Made by a program: the position numbers and the translations under genes. From Eledone cirrhosa (Eukaryota): a stretch of 64,000 nt of DNA. The stretch is from assembly GCA_964016885.1 (NCBI GenBank), contig OZ024752.1:41664001-41728000 (forward strand), written 5' to 3'. Under the pieces are notes generated by a model, which did not search any database, was not told the origin of the DNA, and saw only the letters and a list, made by a program, of their open reading frames with translations. Of the stretch, positions 39,445 through 54,387 are shown one piece after another. The stretch's first letter is position 1. The number at the start of each line of letters is the position of its first letter.

Positions 39445-39906
39445 TTGTATATGTATATATATCTATATATAGTAATATATGTGAAGACTAAAATCTGAAG
39501 AGGGCTCGATAAGGATTATATATATAGTTTCAGAAGATCCCGTTGAGGATGAAAGCAGTGATTCCTGGCTTAAACTTTAATCTGTTCTTATAATAAATAT
39601 TTATATATATATATATTCAATATAGAAATGGCTTCTACAAGACTAGAACTGTTTCATTCGAAATCATTTCTATATTTAATTATTTATACTCTGCTATGTA
39701 TTGAATACCTTACTTACTGTGGTTACCCCCGATTGAACTTGGGATACACACACACACACATATATATACACACACACACAGATATATACACACACACACA
39801 GATATATACACACACACAGAGATATATACACACACACACACAGATATATATATATTTATATATATATATATATATAAGATCAAAAGATGGTTAAAAGAGT
39901 TCCAAG

Positions 39907-39977
39907 TATTTTATTATGCGCATTTCAAAAACAAATATCATCATGGGATGATATCTGCGTTCTCATCAGATAAAATA
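39907..39977 (-). ncRNA. Minimal hammerhead, family H1 second copy
   Basis: Minus strand: tattttat-CTGATGA-...-GAAA-t(gcgc)a-TA-ataaaata. Confidence 0.7.
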
Positions 39978-40436
39978 GGGAGACATGATATGAAGCTTAA
40001 AAAACACTTGTGAGTAGTGAAGTTTTAAATCAACATATGAAAAATAAATTAAGATGGATGTATGAGATTGGGAAAAAGTGAGGGGGGTTGGAAAAAGTAA
40101 GGAAGAGGAAGAAATAAGAGTAAAGGATGGTGGGGGAGGAGTATAAGAAGGAAGGATGAGAGAGGAGGAGAGATGGGTGATAGAGAGAGAGAGATAGCGT
40201 TTACAACTGAGAAAAAATATTGTCTCAGAGAGAAATTAAAAAGCCGTTGCTAAGATAATAGATAATTTAAAAGATTTTGAAATTAAAAGTTAATGAGGTT
40301 TATGCATGAAGAAAAAGGAATTAAGAATAGTATTATTAATCTTATATTATTTATACTCCAGTCCTACAAACTGTAGAGTGCTACTTATCCGATATTTGCA
40401 TTGCTTTATTGTGCTACAATAAAACTCACCTCCTAC

Positions 40437-40494
<58 letters not shown>

Positions 40495-41289
40495 TTTATT
40501 AAACTATTATAAATATTTTCTATAATTGTTTCACTACTTGCAGGTTAAGCTTTAGTTTTTTGACCATGAAAGTCCACTGTATGTAGTTTTTCAGGCCATA
40601 TTTGAAAAACTCTGTCTTCACATGAAAGGATGGGCTTTCTTGATGAAAAACCTATAGCCCAATTCTATATGCAGAGAAATTGTAGCAAATATTCCCTATC
40701 ATTCCACTGCAAAGGGGTCATGGAGGTACCACGGCAAAAAAGCACCCAGCCCACACTGTAAAATGGACGTGCAGGCGCCACAGAAAAAAAGCACCCAGCA
40801 CTCACTGTAAATGAGGTTGGTGTTAGGAAGGGCATCCAGCTGTAGAAATCAAGCCAGAATCAGTTCCCGTATGAGCAAGAGAAGGTCAGCCGACCGGACA
40901 CTGCCCACTACAGGACAACCCGTCTAACCCATGCTAGCGTGGAAGAACGGACGTAAAACGGTGATGATGATGATTCCAAACTCTTATCACAGATTAAGTG
41001 CTCTCACACCTTTGGATATTCAAATTATAAATATATATATAACGAAATAATGATGCTATAGTGATATATATATTCCATTTATTACTATTATATATCATAT
41101 ATATAAATATTATTACTATTATATATCATATATATAAATATTATTACTATTATATATCATATATATAAATATGAGTAAGACAAGGTCACCAGACCTGGCA
41201 TTGTCCACAGCAGGACAACCCGTCTAACCCATGCAAGCATGAAAGATAGGACGTAAAACGGTGATAATGAGGATGATGATGATGATGAT

Positions 41290-41336
<47 letters not shown>

Positions 41337-41544
41337 TAGACAGTATAGTATAGTTATATATATATAACTATATATATATTGTATAGCTAGTATAGTATAG
41401 TTATATATATATATCTATATATATATAGTATAAACAGTATAGTATAGTTATATATATATATCTATATATATATAGTATAGACATTATAGTATAGTTATAT
41501 ATATATATATCTATATATATATAGTATAGACAGTATAGTATAGT

Positions 41545-41575
<31 letters not shown>

Positions 41576-41849
41576 TAGATAGTATAGTATAGTTATATAG
41601 TAAATATCCAACGCTGGGAATTAGCTGTCGAAACAGCAAGAGCTCAGCTGTCGGGCCTCAACTCTTTCTAATATATTCACACTCTACTATCCCAAGCATC
41701 AAGTACTCTGTTGAATAATGGTCTCACTAGTTTAATACTGGTTAAATCCTAATATATATATATATATTCTTTATTAAGGTTATGTTTGAGTCTGGTTACT
41801 CTGGAGTTTCACTTATGTACCCAGGAGAAACTCCAAGATCTTGTATAAT

Positions 41850-42435
41850 GACCCTGTGGGTACATATGGTCCTTCATCATTTATCCTGTTTTTAAGCAAT
41901 CACAACTTCTGTCCAGGTTTTCCTTGGTTTCCCTCTGCTGCAGTTTCCTTACACTGAGATTTCATGGCACTTCTCTATCTAATGATCAACATTTATATGT
42001 ATCTAAGGCGGTGAATTTATATGTATCTAAGGCGGTGGATTGGCAGTATCGGTAGAGGGTCGGACGCCATGCTTTCCAGCATAGTTACGTCCCTTTACGA
42101 TCTGAGTTCAAATCCCGCCGAGGTTGACTTTGCCTTTCATCCTTACGGGGTCGATAAAATAAAGTACCAGTAATGAACTGGGTAATTGCTGGCCTTGTGC
42201 CTAAAGTAGAAACAAACATTTATATGTATCTCATGTCCATACCAGTGCAACCTTCTCTCCTCCATATTACACCCAATTCCTATTATACCCAGCTTTTCTA
42301 TCAGGGCATCTATGCTTTGTCTTTCATGCATATTAACACTGCACATTCATTGAAGCATGCTTGCTTCATTTCTACCCACTGCATTCACTGTGTATGTTTT
42401 ACTGTCATGCAACACCGAACATTGCACACAGGCAT
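41850..42435 (-). mobile_element. Degraded RTE-like LINE fragment interrupted by SINE A (42028-42215, +)
   Basis: ...MEERRLHWYGHEIHIN // ...RGKPRKTWTEVV with stops. The SINE is flanked by a 17-bp TSD aacatttatatgtatct. Confidence 0.75.
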
Positions 42436-42837
42436 CATAGATAGATAGATAGATAGATAGATATATTTCTTTATTAGCCACAGGGGCACAAAAGAAGGGG
42501 ACAAATACGAAGGGGGAAGTTTACATACAATAAAAACGTGTAAAATGTTATCACAAATGGAATTTAAAAAGTTAGTCGATTTTCCCCAATAGAGGGAGAC
42601 AGTTTATATGGGTAACACATACCCCCGAAAAAAATGTGCAACCCTCATCTCCAGGAGTACGAAGAGTTTGTACTCCTTTCCTCTCCTCCTCCTTTTCCTC
42701 AACCTACAGGCTGATATAGAGAGAAGGCCCATTCACTCGGGCCATTCTCGCCACTTTCACCCACCTTTCATAAAACTTGCTGGGGTACAGCACCTCTCTC
42801 TCCATCCTGATTCTTCTTCCAAAGTGGTATTTGAAAA

Positions 42838-42881
<44 letters not shown>

Positions 42882-43565
42882 CTATAGAAAGGGCAAAGAG
42901 AGAGAAAGAGGGAGATGATGAGACAGAGAGAGAGTGAAACAGACAGAGGGAGGGGGAGAGAGAGAGAGAGACGATGAGAGTAGACAAAAATACAGAACAG
43001 AGACAAAAAATAGATGGAGGGGACAGAGAGAAGTATGCAATCTTGCTAAAACTCTAAGAACTTAGGTGACACAGAGTGTGTGTGTGTGTATGTGTGTGTG
43101 TAAGGGTGGTATTGTTGCCATGGGAACATTAGTTAGAGAAACCCCATAAAGCATTATTATTCAGGAATATCCAATAAATATCTGGAAGGTAGAAGCAGCA
43201 GCTGGTAGTGGCCCAGGGTGAGAAAAAAAGAAGAGGAGGAAGAGGAGGAAGAAGAAAGTGTCATAAATTTCCAATGTCCTCCCAAACCATAATCTGAGGG
43301 ATTGACATGGAAGGAGGGGGGGGGGAGAAGGAATGAAGGGAGAGGTGGGATGGGGCTTGTCTGTTCCCTAAAATGTGTACAACAGAAGGATGCTGATCAG
43401 TGGAACAGTGGAATAGGGAATACACAAACATAAAGACACACAGACATACATATAATAGATACATGCATGCATATGAACACATACATACACTGAAATGACT
43501 CAATGAAAAATATTCAGGTTTTACAAACACACACACACATACATATACATATGTGTGTGTGTATG

Positions 43566-43597
<32 letters not shown>

Positions 43598-43624
43598 CAC
43601 ATAATTACACCTCTCAAAGACAAT

Positions 43625-43998
43625 GACACACGACCGTGACTTCTGGCGTCACGCAGTAATACAGAGTACCCGACCTCCCATGGGTACAAGCTGAAGCATA
43701 TAAACAATATGCCCCCACACCCCCCACCGCAAGGTGGCCGTGGAGGTGCCACATTAAAAAAGCACCCAGCCCACACTGTAAAGTGGACGTGTAGGCGCCA
43801 CAAAAAAGCACCCAGCACTCCCTGTAAATGAGGTTGGTGTTAGGAAGGGCATCCAGCTGTAGAAATCAAGCCAGATCAGTTCCTGTATGAGCAAGGCATG
43901 GTCAGCCGACCAGACACTGCCCACAACAGGACAACCCGTCTAACCCATGCTAGCGTGGAAGAACGGACGTAAAACGGTGATGATGATGATGATGATGA
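43625..43998 (+). mobile_element. SINE/repeat family C
   Basis: gacacacgaccgtgacttctggcgtcacgcag head + shared module + cccatgctagcgtggaagaacggacgtaaaacgg(tga)n. Confidence 0.75.
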
Positions 43999-44042
43999 TA
44001 TATCTATATACACATATATATATATATTTATATACATATATT

Positions 44043-44131
<89 letters not shown>

Positions 44132-45052
44132 CTATGTATATATATATATATACATACACACACACGCACACACACACAAACAAACATACATGAAACCCTA
44201 TCCCAAGTTGTAAGCACTGCTGCACTTCTCAGATAACCATGTAAACAGTCAAAGATGAGACAAGCACATGTATGCACATGGATGCACATACATACACATG
44301 CATACATATACACATATATGCATACACATGTATGCACACAGATGCATTTGGTAAATTGAAACTATACAAGGGATATCATATGTGTGTGTGTGTGTATGTG
44401 GGTGCATTTGTGTATGTAAAGGTGTGTGTTTTAATGGTTATGGTGTTAGGATCATGTTTGTAAAGACATGAGTTTGATTTCTGGACAGGGCAATGCATTG
44501 TGTCCTTGTGCAAGACATTACTTCATGTTGCTCCAGATTAGTTGTATCTGTAATTAAAAGTGTTGGCCTCTCTACACAGTATCACGCTGGTTCTCCCTAA
44601 CAACTTCATGCAAGGTACACATATCTGTGGACTGCTCAGTCACTTCTATGTTAATTTCATGAGCTGGCCATTCCATTATCTGAACAACTGAAGCACCCAA
44701 TGTTGTAACCAACAAGGGTCCAACATATGTATGTGTATGTGTGTAGTTGTCATTATTTCATGCTAATTAATTAGTGAGTGGTTTCCCAGTTACAAACACT
44801 GATCAATAAACACTAGTGTAAACAGAATTAAGGCCTCAACATAGGTATACTTTTCCTTCCAGTCAATGAACCACTAAAACACATCACTAAAATTCATACA
44901 GGTGAGACTAGTCTGATGGTATTGTTTCTGGGCCAGTAACGGACACCATGGAAATACGTATAATAGCTATTATTTATTAAATAAAATGTAGTGAAGTATA
45001 ACCTTATTGTCTCCTACTTCATTATATATATATATACTTATACATGCCCACC

Positions 45053-45091
<39 letters not shown>

Positions 45092-45286
45092 CATCTGACA
45101 TCAATGGCATAGGTAGTATTATTGTTTATGTGATGCATAAACAGAAATCCCGCTGCTCACCAGTTAGACATGCAAAGATCCATACTTTAATAAAAGAACA
45201 AGTCAGGGTTGACATCATGAAGGGCATCCAGCCACATTCAACTCAAGGCAGAAGTGGAAAAACAGCTGTCAGTCTGATAGTATACA

Positions 45287-45636
45287 TCATAATCATCATC
45301 ATCATCATTTCATTTTACGTCCGCTTTTTCCCTGCTTGCAAGGGTGGGACGGGAACTGATTCTGGCTTGATTTCTACAGCTGGATGCCCTTCCTAACACC
45401 AACCTCATTTACAGTGAGTGTTGGGTGCTTTTTTGCCGTGGCACCTCCACGACCACTTTGCAGTGGAACGATAGGGACTGGGGTCCCTATCATCTCATTT
45501 CTACAGCTGATTAAACTGGAGCAATGTGAAATAAAGTGTCTTGCTCAAGGAAACAACACATCACCCGGTCTGAGAATTGAACTCACAACCTCTCGATTGC
45601 AAGGCCAATGCTCTAACCACTAAGCCATGTGCCTCC
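45287..45636 (-). mobile_element. SINE family B
   Basis: Match to family B. Confidence 0.85.
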
Positions 45637-45779
45637 ATATACATATGTATATATATATGTGTGTGTGCATAAACACATTCAGTTATACAAATACATACAT
45701 ACACATACGCACAAGAAAGCTTATATCAACAAACACACACACACACATACACAGATTTGACACTGTAGGGGACATGGTC

Positions 45780-47109
45780 ATACACACATATACACACATA
45801 TACACACATACACACATATATACACACATACACACATTTATACACACATACATACATATATACTCACATATATACACACATACACATATACACACATACA
45901 TACATATATACACACATATATACACACATACATATATACTCACATACATACATATATACACACATACATACATATATATATACACACATACATACATATA
46001 TACTCACATACATACATATATACACACATACATACATATATACACACATACATACATATATACACACATACATACATATATACACACATACATACATATA
46101 TACTCACATACATATATACACACACACATACATATGTACACACATACATATATATATACTCACATACATACATATATACACACATACATACATATATACA
46201 CACACACATACATATATACACACACACATACATATATACACACATACATATATACACACATACATACATATATACACACATACATACATATATACACACA
46301 TACATACATATATACACACATACATACATATATACACACATACATACATATATACTCACATACATATATACACACACACATACATATGTACACACATACA
46401 TATATATATACTCACATACATACATATATACACACATACATACATATATACACACATACATACATATATACACACATACACACATATATACACACATACA
46501 TACATATATACACATATACATACATATGTACACACATACATACATATATACTCACATACATACATATATACACACATACATACATATATACACACATACA
46601 AACATATATACACACACACATACATATATACACACACATACATATATACACACATACAAACATATATACACACACACATACATATACACACATACATATA
46701 TACACACATACATACATATATACACACATACATACATATATACACACATACATACATGTATACACACATACACACATGTATATATACAAAAGAATTATAT
46801 GCAGCATGCATAACAAAATGACTCATAATTAGGCATGGCTGAGTTTTTGCCATAATTATTGTCACCACCACAAACTATGTGTATGTATGTGTATATATAT
46901 ATATGTATATATATATGTGTGTGTGTCTATATGTGTGTGTGGGTGTCTATATATGTGTGTGTGTGTGTACGTATGTGTGTTTGTGTATGTATGTAGGTGT
47001 GTTTGCATATGTATGTATGCATGTATATGTGTATGTATGCATGTATGTATATATGTATGCATGTGTGTATATATGTATATGTGTGTGTGTATGTATATAT
47101 ATATGTATA

Positions 47110-47182
<73 letters not shown>

Positions 47183-47565
47183 TGTGTGTGTGTGTACGTA
47201 TGTGTGTTTGTGTATGTATGTAGGTGTGTTTATATATGTATGTTTGCATGTATATGTGTATGTATGCATGTATGTATATATGTATACATGTGTGTATATA
47301 TGTATATGTGTGTGTGTATGTATATATATATGTATATGTGTGTGTGTATGTATATATATATATATAGTGTGTGTGTGTACGTATGTGTGTTTGTGTATGT
47401 ATGTAGGTGTGTTTGCGTATGTATGTATGCATGCATCTATATGTGTATGTATGCATGTATGTATATGTATGCATGTATGTATATGTATGCATGTGTGTAT
47501 ATATATATGTGTATATATGTATATGTGTGTGTGTATGTATATATATGTATATGTGTGTGTGTATG

Positions 47566-47600
<35 letters not shown>

Positions 47601-47774
47601 TGTGTGTATGTGTACATATGTGTATGTATGTAGGTGTGTTTGCGTATGTATGTATGCATGCATGTATATGTGTATGTATGCATGTATGTATATGTATGCA
47701 TGTGTGTATATATATATATGTGTATATATGTATATGTGTGTGTGTGTATGTATATATATGTATATGTGTGTGTG

Positions 47775-47818
<44 letters not shown>

Positions 47819-47937
47819 TGCATATATATATGTATGTATGTGTATGTATATATATGCATGTATATATATGCATGTATATATATATATATATATATGTGTG
47901 TATATATATATATATGTTATTTTAATAAATATATATT

Positions 47938-47983
<46 letters not shown>

Positions 47984-48082
47984 CATATATATATATACAT
48001 ATACATATATATACATACATATACATATATATATACAAATATATATACATATATATACATATACATATATATATATATACAT

Positions 48083-48134
<52 letters not shown>

Positions 48135-48180
48135 CAACATAACACACATTAAGGTATATATATATATACATATATATATA
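45780..48180. repeat. 2.4-kb (CATA/TA/CA) compound microsatellite
   Basis: Direct inspection; source of many spurious HTYI/VCMY ORFs. Confidence 0.9.
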
Positions 48181-48279
48181 TTGTTCATGATTAAAAAAGA
48201 CGAAGTGTATATTATAAATATATACACATTAGTGTGTGAGTATATATTATCATTTAACGTCCGCTTCCCCTGCTAGCAA

Positions 48280-48347
<68 letters not shown>

Positions 48348-48628
48348 TTATTAGGGTAAGAAGTGTTTATAGTAAAACAGAACAGAAGGAAACGGGACAA
48401 ACAGACAGAGAAGAAAAATTAAATTAAAACCTTAATTTAATTAAGGACTACACATATGTTGGTTTATTTATATACACACAAATTATACACCCATGTATAA
48501 CATTGATGTTAGCCTATGTGACAGAGAGCATGCTTTTATTCTTTTACTGGTTTCAGTCATTAGGTGGTGGCCATACTGGAGCACCTTATTTGAGGTATTT
48601 AGTTGGTCATATCAATCCCTGTACACTT

Positions 48629-48948
48629 TTAAAACCTCTAGCATTTAAACCGGCTGCATCCGGCCAGAATTCTCTCACCCCTTTCTGTTCAAACTGGCTG
48701 TAAGAGGCCACTCATACTTATGTTAAGGTATTGTTCTCAAAATAAATAACATCAAAATCTCATAGATTCGATATTATGTGAGATAATTATGTGAGGTAAA
48801 GTGTTTACCATATAAATACAATAATATATATAATTGTTTCTACTTTAGGCACAAGGCCAGCAATTACCCAGTGCATTACTGGTACTTTATTTTATCGACC
48901 CCGTAAGGATGAAATATATATAATGTAATGTAAATGCTAAAGGGTTAA
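48629..48948 (-). mobile_element. TTAA MITE with nested SINE A tail
   Basis: aacctctagcattt ... aaatgctaaagggttaa. Confidence 0.7.
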
Positions 48949-49383
48949 AAGTCTGGTGCTTACTTTATCAAAATCTATTTTCGTCAAACCAATAAGTACA
49001 GACCCAAAACATATATTAAATCTAACCACAAAGATGGACACACACAAACACATATAATTTACAACAGACTTCCACATAGTTTCTGTCTACCAGATTCCAT
49101 TCACAAGGGATTGATATGACCATGTAAATAAACTAATATGTAATATATATATATATATACACATATGTCAACATGAATGGACCTTTCCGTCCCTTCAATC
49201 TATCTTATTTCTCGTTCTTTCTTCCGATGAAGGACTAGGGTCCAAAATGTTAAGACCCTGTTTCTGCTATTTCAAGCGTTTTACCTTTTACATACATATA
49301 TACATATATTACCCACTCTACTACCCTTAGTATCGAGTACTTTGGTGCATTATGCTCCACCTGGTTCCTTACCACACTTCCTT

Positions 49384-49460
<77 letters not shown>

Positions 49461-49462
<2 letters not shown>

Positions 49463-49656
49463 TATCCCGGGTTCAATCGGGGGTAACCACAGTAAGTAAG
49501 GTACTCAATACATAGCAGAGTATAAATATTTAATATAGAAAAGCTTCTACAGGTCCAGGACTGTTTCATTCGGGAGAAATCATCAGGGTAGCTTCTTGAT
49601 GATTCCTCCCGAATGAAACAGTCCTGGACCTGTAGAAGCCATTTCTATATTAAATA
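49461..49656. mobile_element. Fold-back H5 subfamily with variant stems
   Basis: gcttc-(t)TGATGA-ttcctcccgaat-GAAA-cag(tcctggac)ctg-TA-gaagc, plus an inverted copy. Confidence 0.7.
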
Positions 49657-49658
49657 TA

Positions 49659-49702
<44 letters not shown>

Positions 49703-49704
49703 TA

Positions 49705-50032
49705 TAAGTTGTATTTAATTTGTTGGAAGTCCGACAAACATAAATGTTTATAACTGATTTAGAGCACTCAACAGATTACTGGAGTAAATATTCAATGATA
49801 TTAAATAAATGGAAACTATATTTATAAAACCATATTTATTTTATTATATATATTTCAAGGGCAACCAAGACAATATTGGTACACTTTCATCAGATAAGAT
49901 ACAACCGATAAGGTATGATTTTCATGGGTACGTCTCTATTTATAAAACAAACTTTTTATTTTATCTGATGAAAGCGCACCAATGTTGTCTTGGTTGCTCT
50001 TGAAATATATATAATAAAATAAATATGGTTTT
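49705..50032. mobile_element. Fold-back H2 element, hammerheads on both strands
   Basis: tattttat-CTGATGA-aagcgcaccaatgttgtcttggttgctctt-GAAA-t(atat)a-TA-ataaaata at ~49957-50020, mirrored at ~49835-49897. Confidence 0.75.
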
Positions 50033-50116
50033 TACAGATTGACTTTTTTAGTTTCAGAAGATCCCGTTAAGGGTGAAAGCAGCGATTCTTTGCTTAAACT
50101 TTAATCTGTTATTTTA

Positions 50117-50147
<31 letters not shown>

Positions 50148-50272
50148 CACGGGGTAACAGATTATTGTTATAGGTAGTCCACTTCAGTGTAGTCCAGTTA
50201 TTCCATTGAATTGTCAGCAATGAGATTAAAAAACCTTTTTTGTATAGCAAACCGTGTCACTCTTCTTTCCTG

Positions 50273-50368
<96 letters not shown>

Positions 50369-50768
50369 CTCTCGACTGGCCTCTTCCTCGCACTTCTACT
50401 CACTCACTCTCTGCTTCTCCCCTTCTCACTTCATCCCTGTAGTGGGTTCTCTTCTTGCTCACATCTCACTCACGTCGTGCGGTCTGTACTTCCCCCGCTC
50501 ATGAAATCCACACAGCTTAAGCTGACCGGATCCCCATGCGCTTGTTTTTTCCTATCTTTGCGTTGCTTTCCTTCCTTGTTTGTTTACTGTCTCGCTCGCT
50601 TTACGCGATTTACTTGTCCCAATAGGTTTATTTAGCTATTGCTCGCACCAACTGGAGGTATATGATTTTTAAAGCGATGAAATACCAATGAAGGTTGGAA
50701 AATCACTGACGAAGGACTATTTTTATCATATGTAACCCATGTGCAACCACGCAGTATTCTTTCTTCTC

Positions 50769-50822
<54 letters not shown>

Positions 50823-50937
50823 TGGACACATATACAAACACATACATGTGTTTGCATATCATTGCATGCTTGCAGGTCTTATCAATGTTTTCCAGAATGT
50901 TTATCTCCACTCTATCAATTCCTCTGTCACTACAGTC

Positions 50938-51004
<67 letters not shown>

Positions 51005-51274
51005 CTTGTTCTCTCCCTGTCTGTCATATTTCCTGACAGTCTGTTGTATATTATTTAATCCTTCTATTGTCTGTCCAGTTATATGGCTGCTTTACCAATC
51101 TTCTGTCTCCAATCTCCTGTCTGTTGTCTTTGTTTGTCTCCAAGCCTTACCAAAATCTAAATAGCTTTCATTTCCTGTCATTTTTATTACCCCTAAATAT
51201 ATTCTTAAAATAATACAAAAACAAATTGAAGTGTATATATATATATAATATATATATATATAATATATATATAA

Positions 51275-51348
<74 letters not shown>

Positions 51349-51469
51349 CAACCCTTGCTAGCAGGGAAAACGGATGTTAAATGTTGATAATGTTATATAT
51401 ATATATATATATATATATACTTATACTTATATATATATACTTATACTTATATATATATATATATATGTG

Positions 51470-52169
51470 TGTAATAGTAATATACGCGAACGGCAAAGCA
51501 TAAACGAACTAAGGAAAAAATTAGAAATAAGAGGGATCAGATGTTGTTTACTCGAGAGAAGGCTACATTGGTATGGTCACATGATGCGCATGAAAGACGA
51601 CAGCTGTATAGCAAAGTGCAGGGCAATAAAGATAGACGGTAGCCACGGAATAGGCAGACCCAGAAAAACCTGGGACGAGCTGATAAACTCCGACCTCACA
51701 CACTTACACCTCACCAAGACAATGTCACTGGACCGAGACCTTTGGCGGTACTCAGTAATAGAGAAGACCCGCCTTACCTAAATACAAAGTAAAACCTACT
51801 ACAGTCAGTAGGCATCTCTAACAAAATACACCCCCGTCCCACCACCCCCACCCCATCCACACCGCCCCCCTTCTATGTAAAGATATGTTGGTGCCACACC
51901 ATCCAGGCCGACACAAATGAGATCGTGTAGGTGTCACGACAAAAAAACACACAGTCCACGCTGTAATGTGGCCGTGTACGCAACACGGTAAAAACCTCCC
52001 AGCCCCACACTGTAAATGTGGTTGGTGTTAGGAAGAGCATCCAACTGTAGAAAACCCGCCAGACAGTCCTATGCGAGCAAGACAACCACTCTTGCCTCAA
52101 GTGGGAAAACTCCCGTCCAAACCCATGCAAGCGTGGAACATGGACGTTAAACGATGATGATGATGATGA

Positions 52170-52170
<1 letters not shown>
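51470..52170 (+). mobile_element. RTE-like LINE L1 3' fragment
   Basis: RERQSINELRKKLEIRGIRCCLLERRLHWYGHMMRM...GRPRKTWDELI + 3' UTR and (tga)n tail. Confidence 0.85.
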
Positions 52171-52251
<81 letters not shown>

Positions 52252-53254
52252 TGACGAGATAGATCCATGAAGGCTTCAAAATGTTAACCTAGCTATACAA
52301 ATATTTATTATCATCAAAATCATCATCATCATCATTAACATTGTTGAATGTCTGTTTTCCCTGTTAGCAAAGTTTGGACAGGTTGCTAGTCAGAGGCTAA
52401 GTCAGGACTTAAGTAGAGTTATTGACCTTCCAAGTGGGATGGGGTCCTGTATCTCACTTATATAAGTTCAGGCATTCTACTGAGTGCATTTTATGATGGC
52501 ACCAGCACTAGGGAGTCTGTCATAGCTCTGATGCAGCTGATGAATCCTCACGGACCCTTTGTTTGGCAAGTTTGTTACTAGATGATGCTCTTCCTATCAT
52601 CAACTATTTCATAGAGTGTGCCGAGTGCTTTTATTATGTACCTCACGAACACAAGAAAGGTTGTCATGCCCTTGACACAACTAGAATAGTGTCCAGCTGT
52701 AGAACCCATGCCAAATACACTCAGTACAGTCAAGAAAGGGGTTGACATTAAGAAGGACATGCAGCTGTAGAAGCCATGCCAAATACACCCAGTACAGTCA
52801 AGAAAGGGGTTGACATTAAGAAGGTCATCCAGCTGTAGAACCCATGCCAAATACACCCAGTACAGTCAAGAAAGGGGTTGACATTAAGAAGGTCATCCAG
52901 CTGTAGAACCCATGATGAAATGGGAATCTATTAAACAAGGGCAATAACAATAATTAAGAAATGAATTGGTTTGTAACAACCCATCCAACCCATTCCATCA
53001 TAGAAAGGCTGACATGAAATGATGATGATGATGATGATGATGATAATTGTTTATACTTTTGGAACAAGGCCAGCAATTACCCCAGTACATTACTGGTACT
53101 CTATTTTATTATTTTATCAATCCCGTAAGGATGAAAGACAAACCTAACCTCAGCGGGATTTGAACTCAGAACGTAAAAGGGCCATAACTCCATGCTGTAA
53201 AGCATTGTGTCTGATGCTCTACCGATATTGCCAATCCACCGCCTTATGAGATTA

Positions 53255-54172
53255 ATGATGGTGATGATGATGATGACAACTATGATGGTGGTGGTGGTGG
53301 TGGTGGCGATGATGAAGACAACACTGATGATGGTGGTGGTGGTAGTGATGGTGGTGGTGGTGGTGGTGGTGGTGGTGGTGGTGGTGGTGGTGATGAAGAC
53401 AACACTGATGATGGTGGTGATGGTAGTAATGATGGTGGTGGTGGTGGTGGTGGTGGTGGTGGTGGTGGTGGTGGCGATGATGAAGACAACACTGATGATG
53501 GTGGTGGTGGTAGTGGTGGTGGTGGTGGTGGTGGTCGGTGGTGGTGGTGGTAGTGATGGTGGTGGTGGTGATGGTGGTGCTGATGGTGGTGGTGGTGGTG
53601 GTGGAGATGGTGGTGGTGGTGGTGGTGGAGATGGTGGTGGTGGTGGTGGTGGCGATGAAGACAACACTGATGATGATGGTGATGGTAGTAATGATGGTGA
53701 TGGTGGTGGTGGTGGTGGTGGTGGTGGTGGTGGTGGTGGTGGTGGTGGTGGTGGTGGTGGTGGTGGTGGTGGTGGTGGTGGCGATGATGAAAACAACACT
53801 GACGAAGACAACACTGATGATGATGGTGATGGTAGTGATGGTGGTGGTGGTGGTGGTCGGTGGTGGTGGTGGTGGTAGTGACGGTGGTGGTGGTGATGGT
53901 GGTGCTGATGGTGGTGGTGGTGGCGATGATGAAGACAACACTGTTGATTGTGGTGATGGTGGTAGCGATGGTGATGGTAGTGATGGTAGTGATGATGGTG
54001 GTGGTGGTGGTGGTGATGGTAGTGATGGTGATGGTAGTGATGGCAGTGATGATGATGGTAGTGATGGCAGTGATGATGGTGGTGGTGGTGGTGGTGGTGG
54101 TGGTGGCGACGATGAAGACACCACTGATGAAGACTACAATGATGATGATGATAATGATGATGACAATGATGA
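53255..54172. repeat. (GGT/GAT)n repeat with interspersed gatgaagacaacactgatga unit
   Basis: Direct inspection. Confidence 0.85.
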
Positions 54173-54387
54173 AGCCAGCATTAACATGTTTAATCCAAAG
54201 AGCATTAAAAAAAAGCTAACTAAAGCAATTCTTGCCCTGTTGTTGTCATTGTTAGATCTCCACGACTGTTGTCTGTGTGCCAATGTGGTCCATATTGACG
54301 CCATATGCTACATTGTTCTAGAAAAATATACACCAATATAGACCACAAACATATGGTGTATCTGTGTTAGCAGTATTATAATAACTA

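Noticed and set aside
49215-49260. Degenerate hammerhead-like motif (ccgatga..ggactagggtcc-aaaa); CTGANGA-only matches at 39494, 50706 and 61788
   Set aside because: Core mutated or second half missing; not counted as ribozymes.
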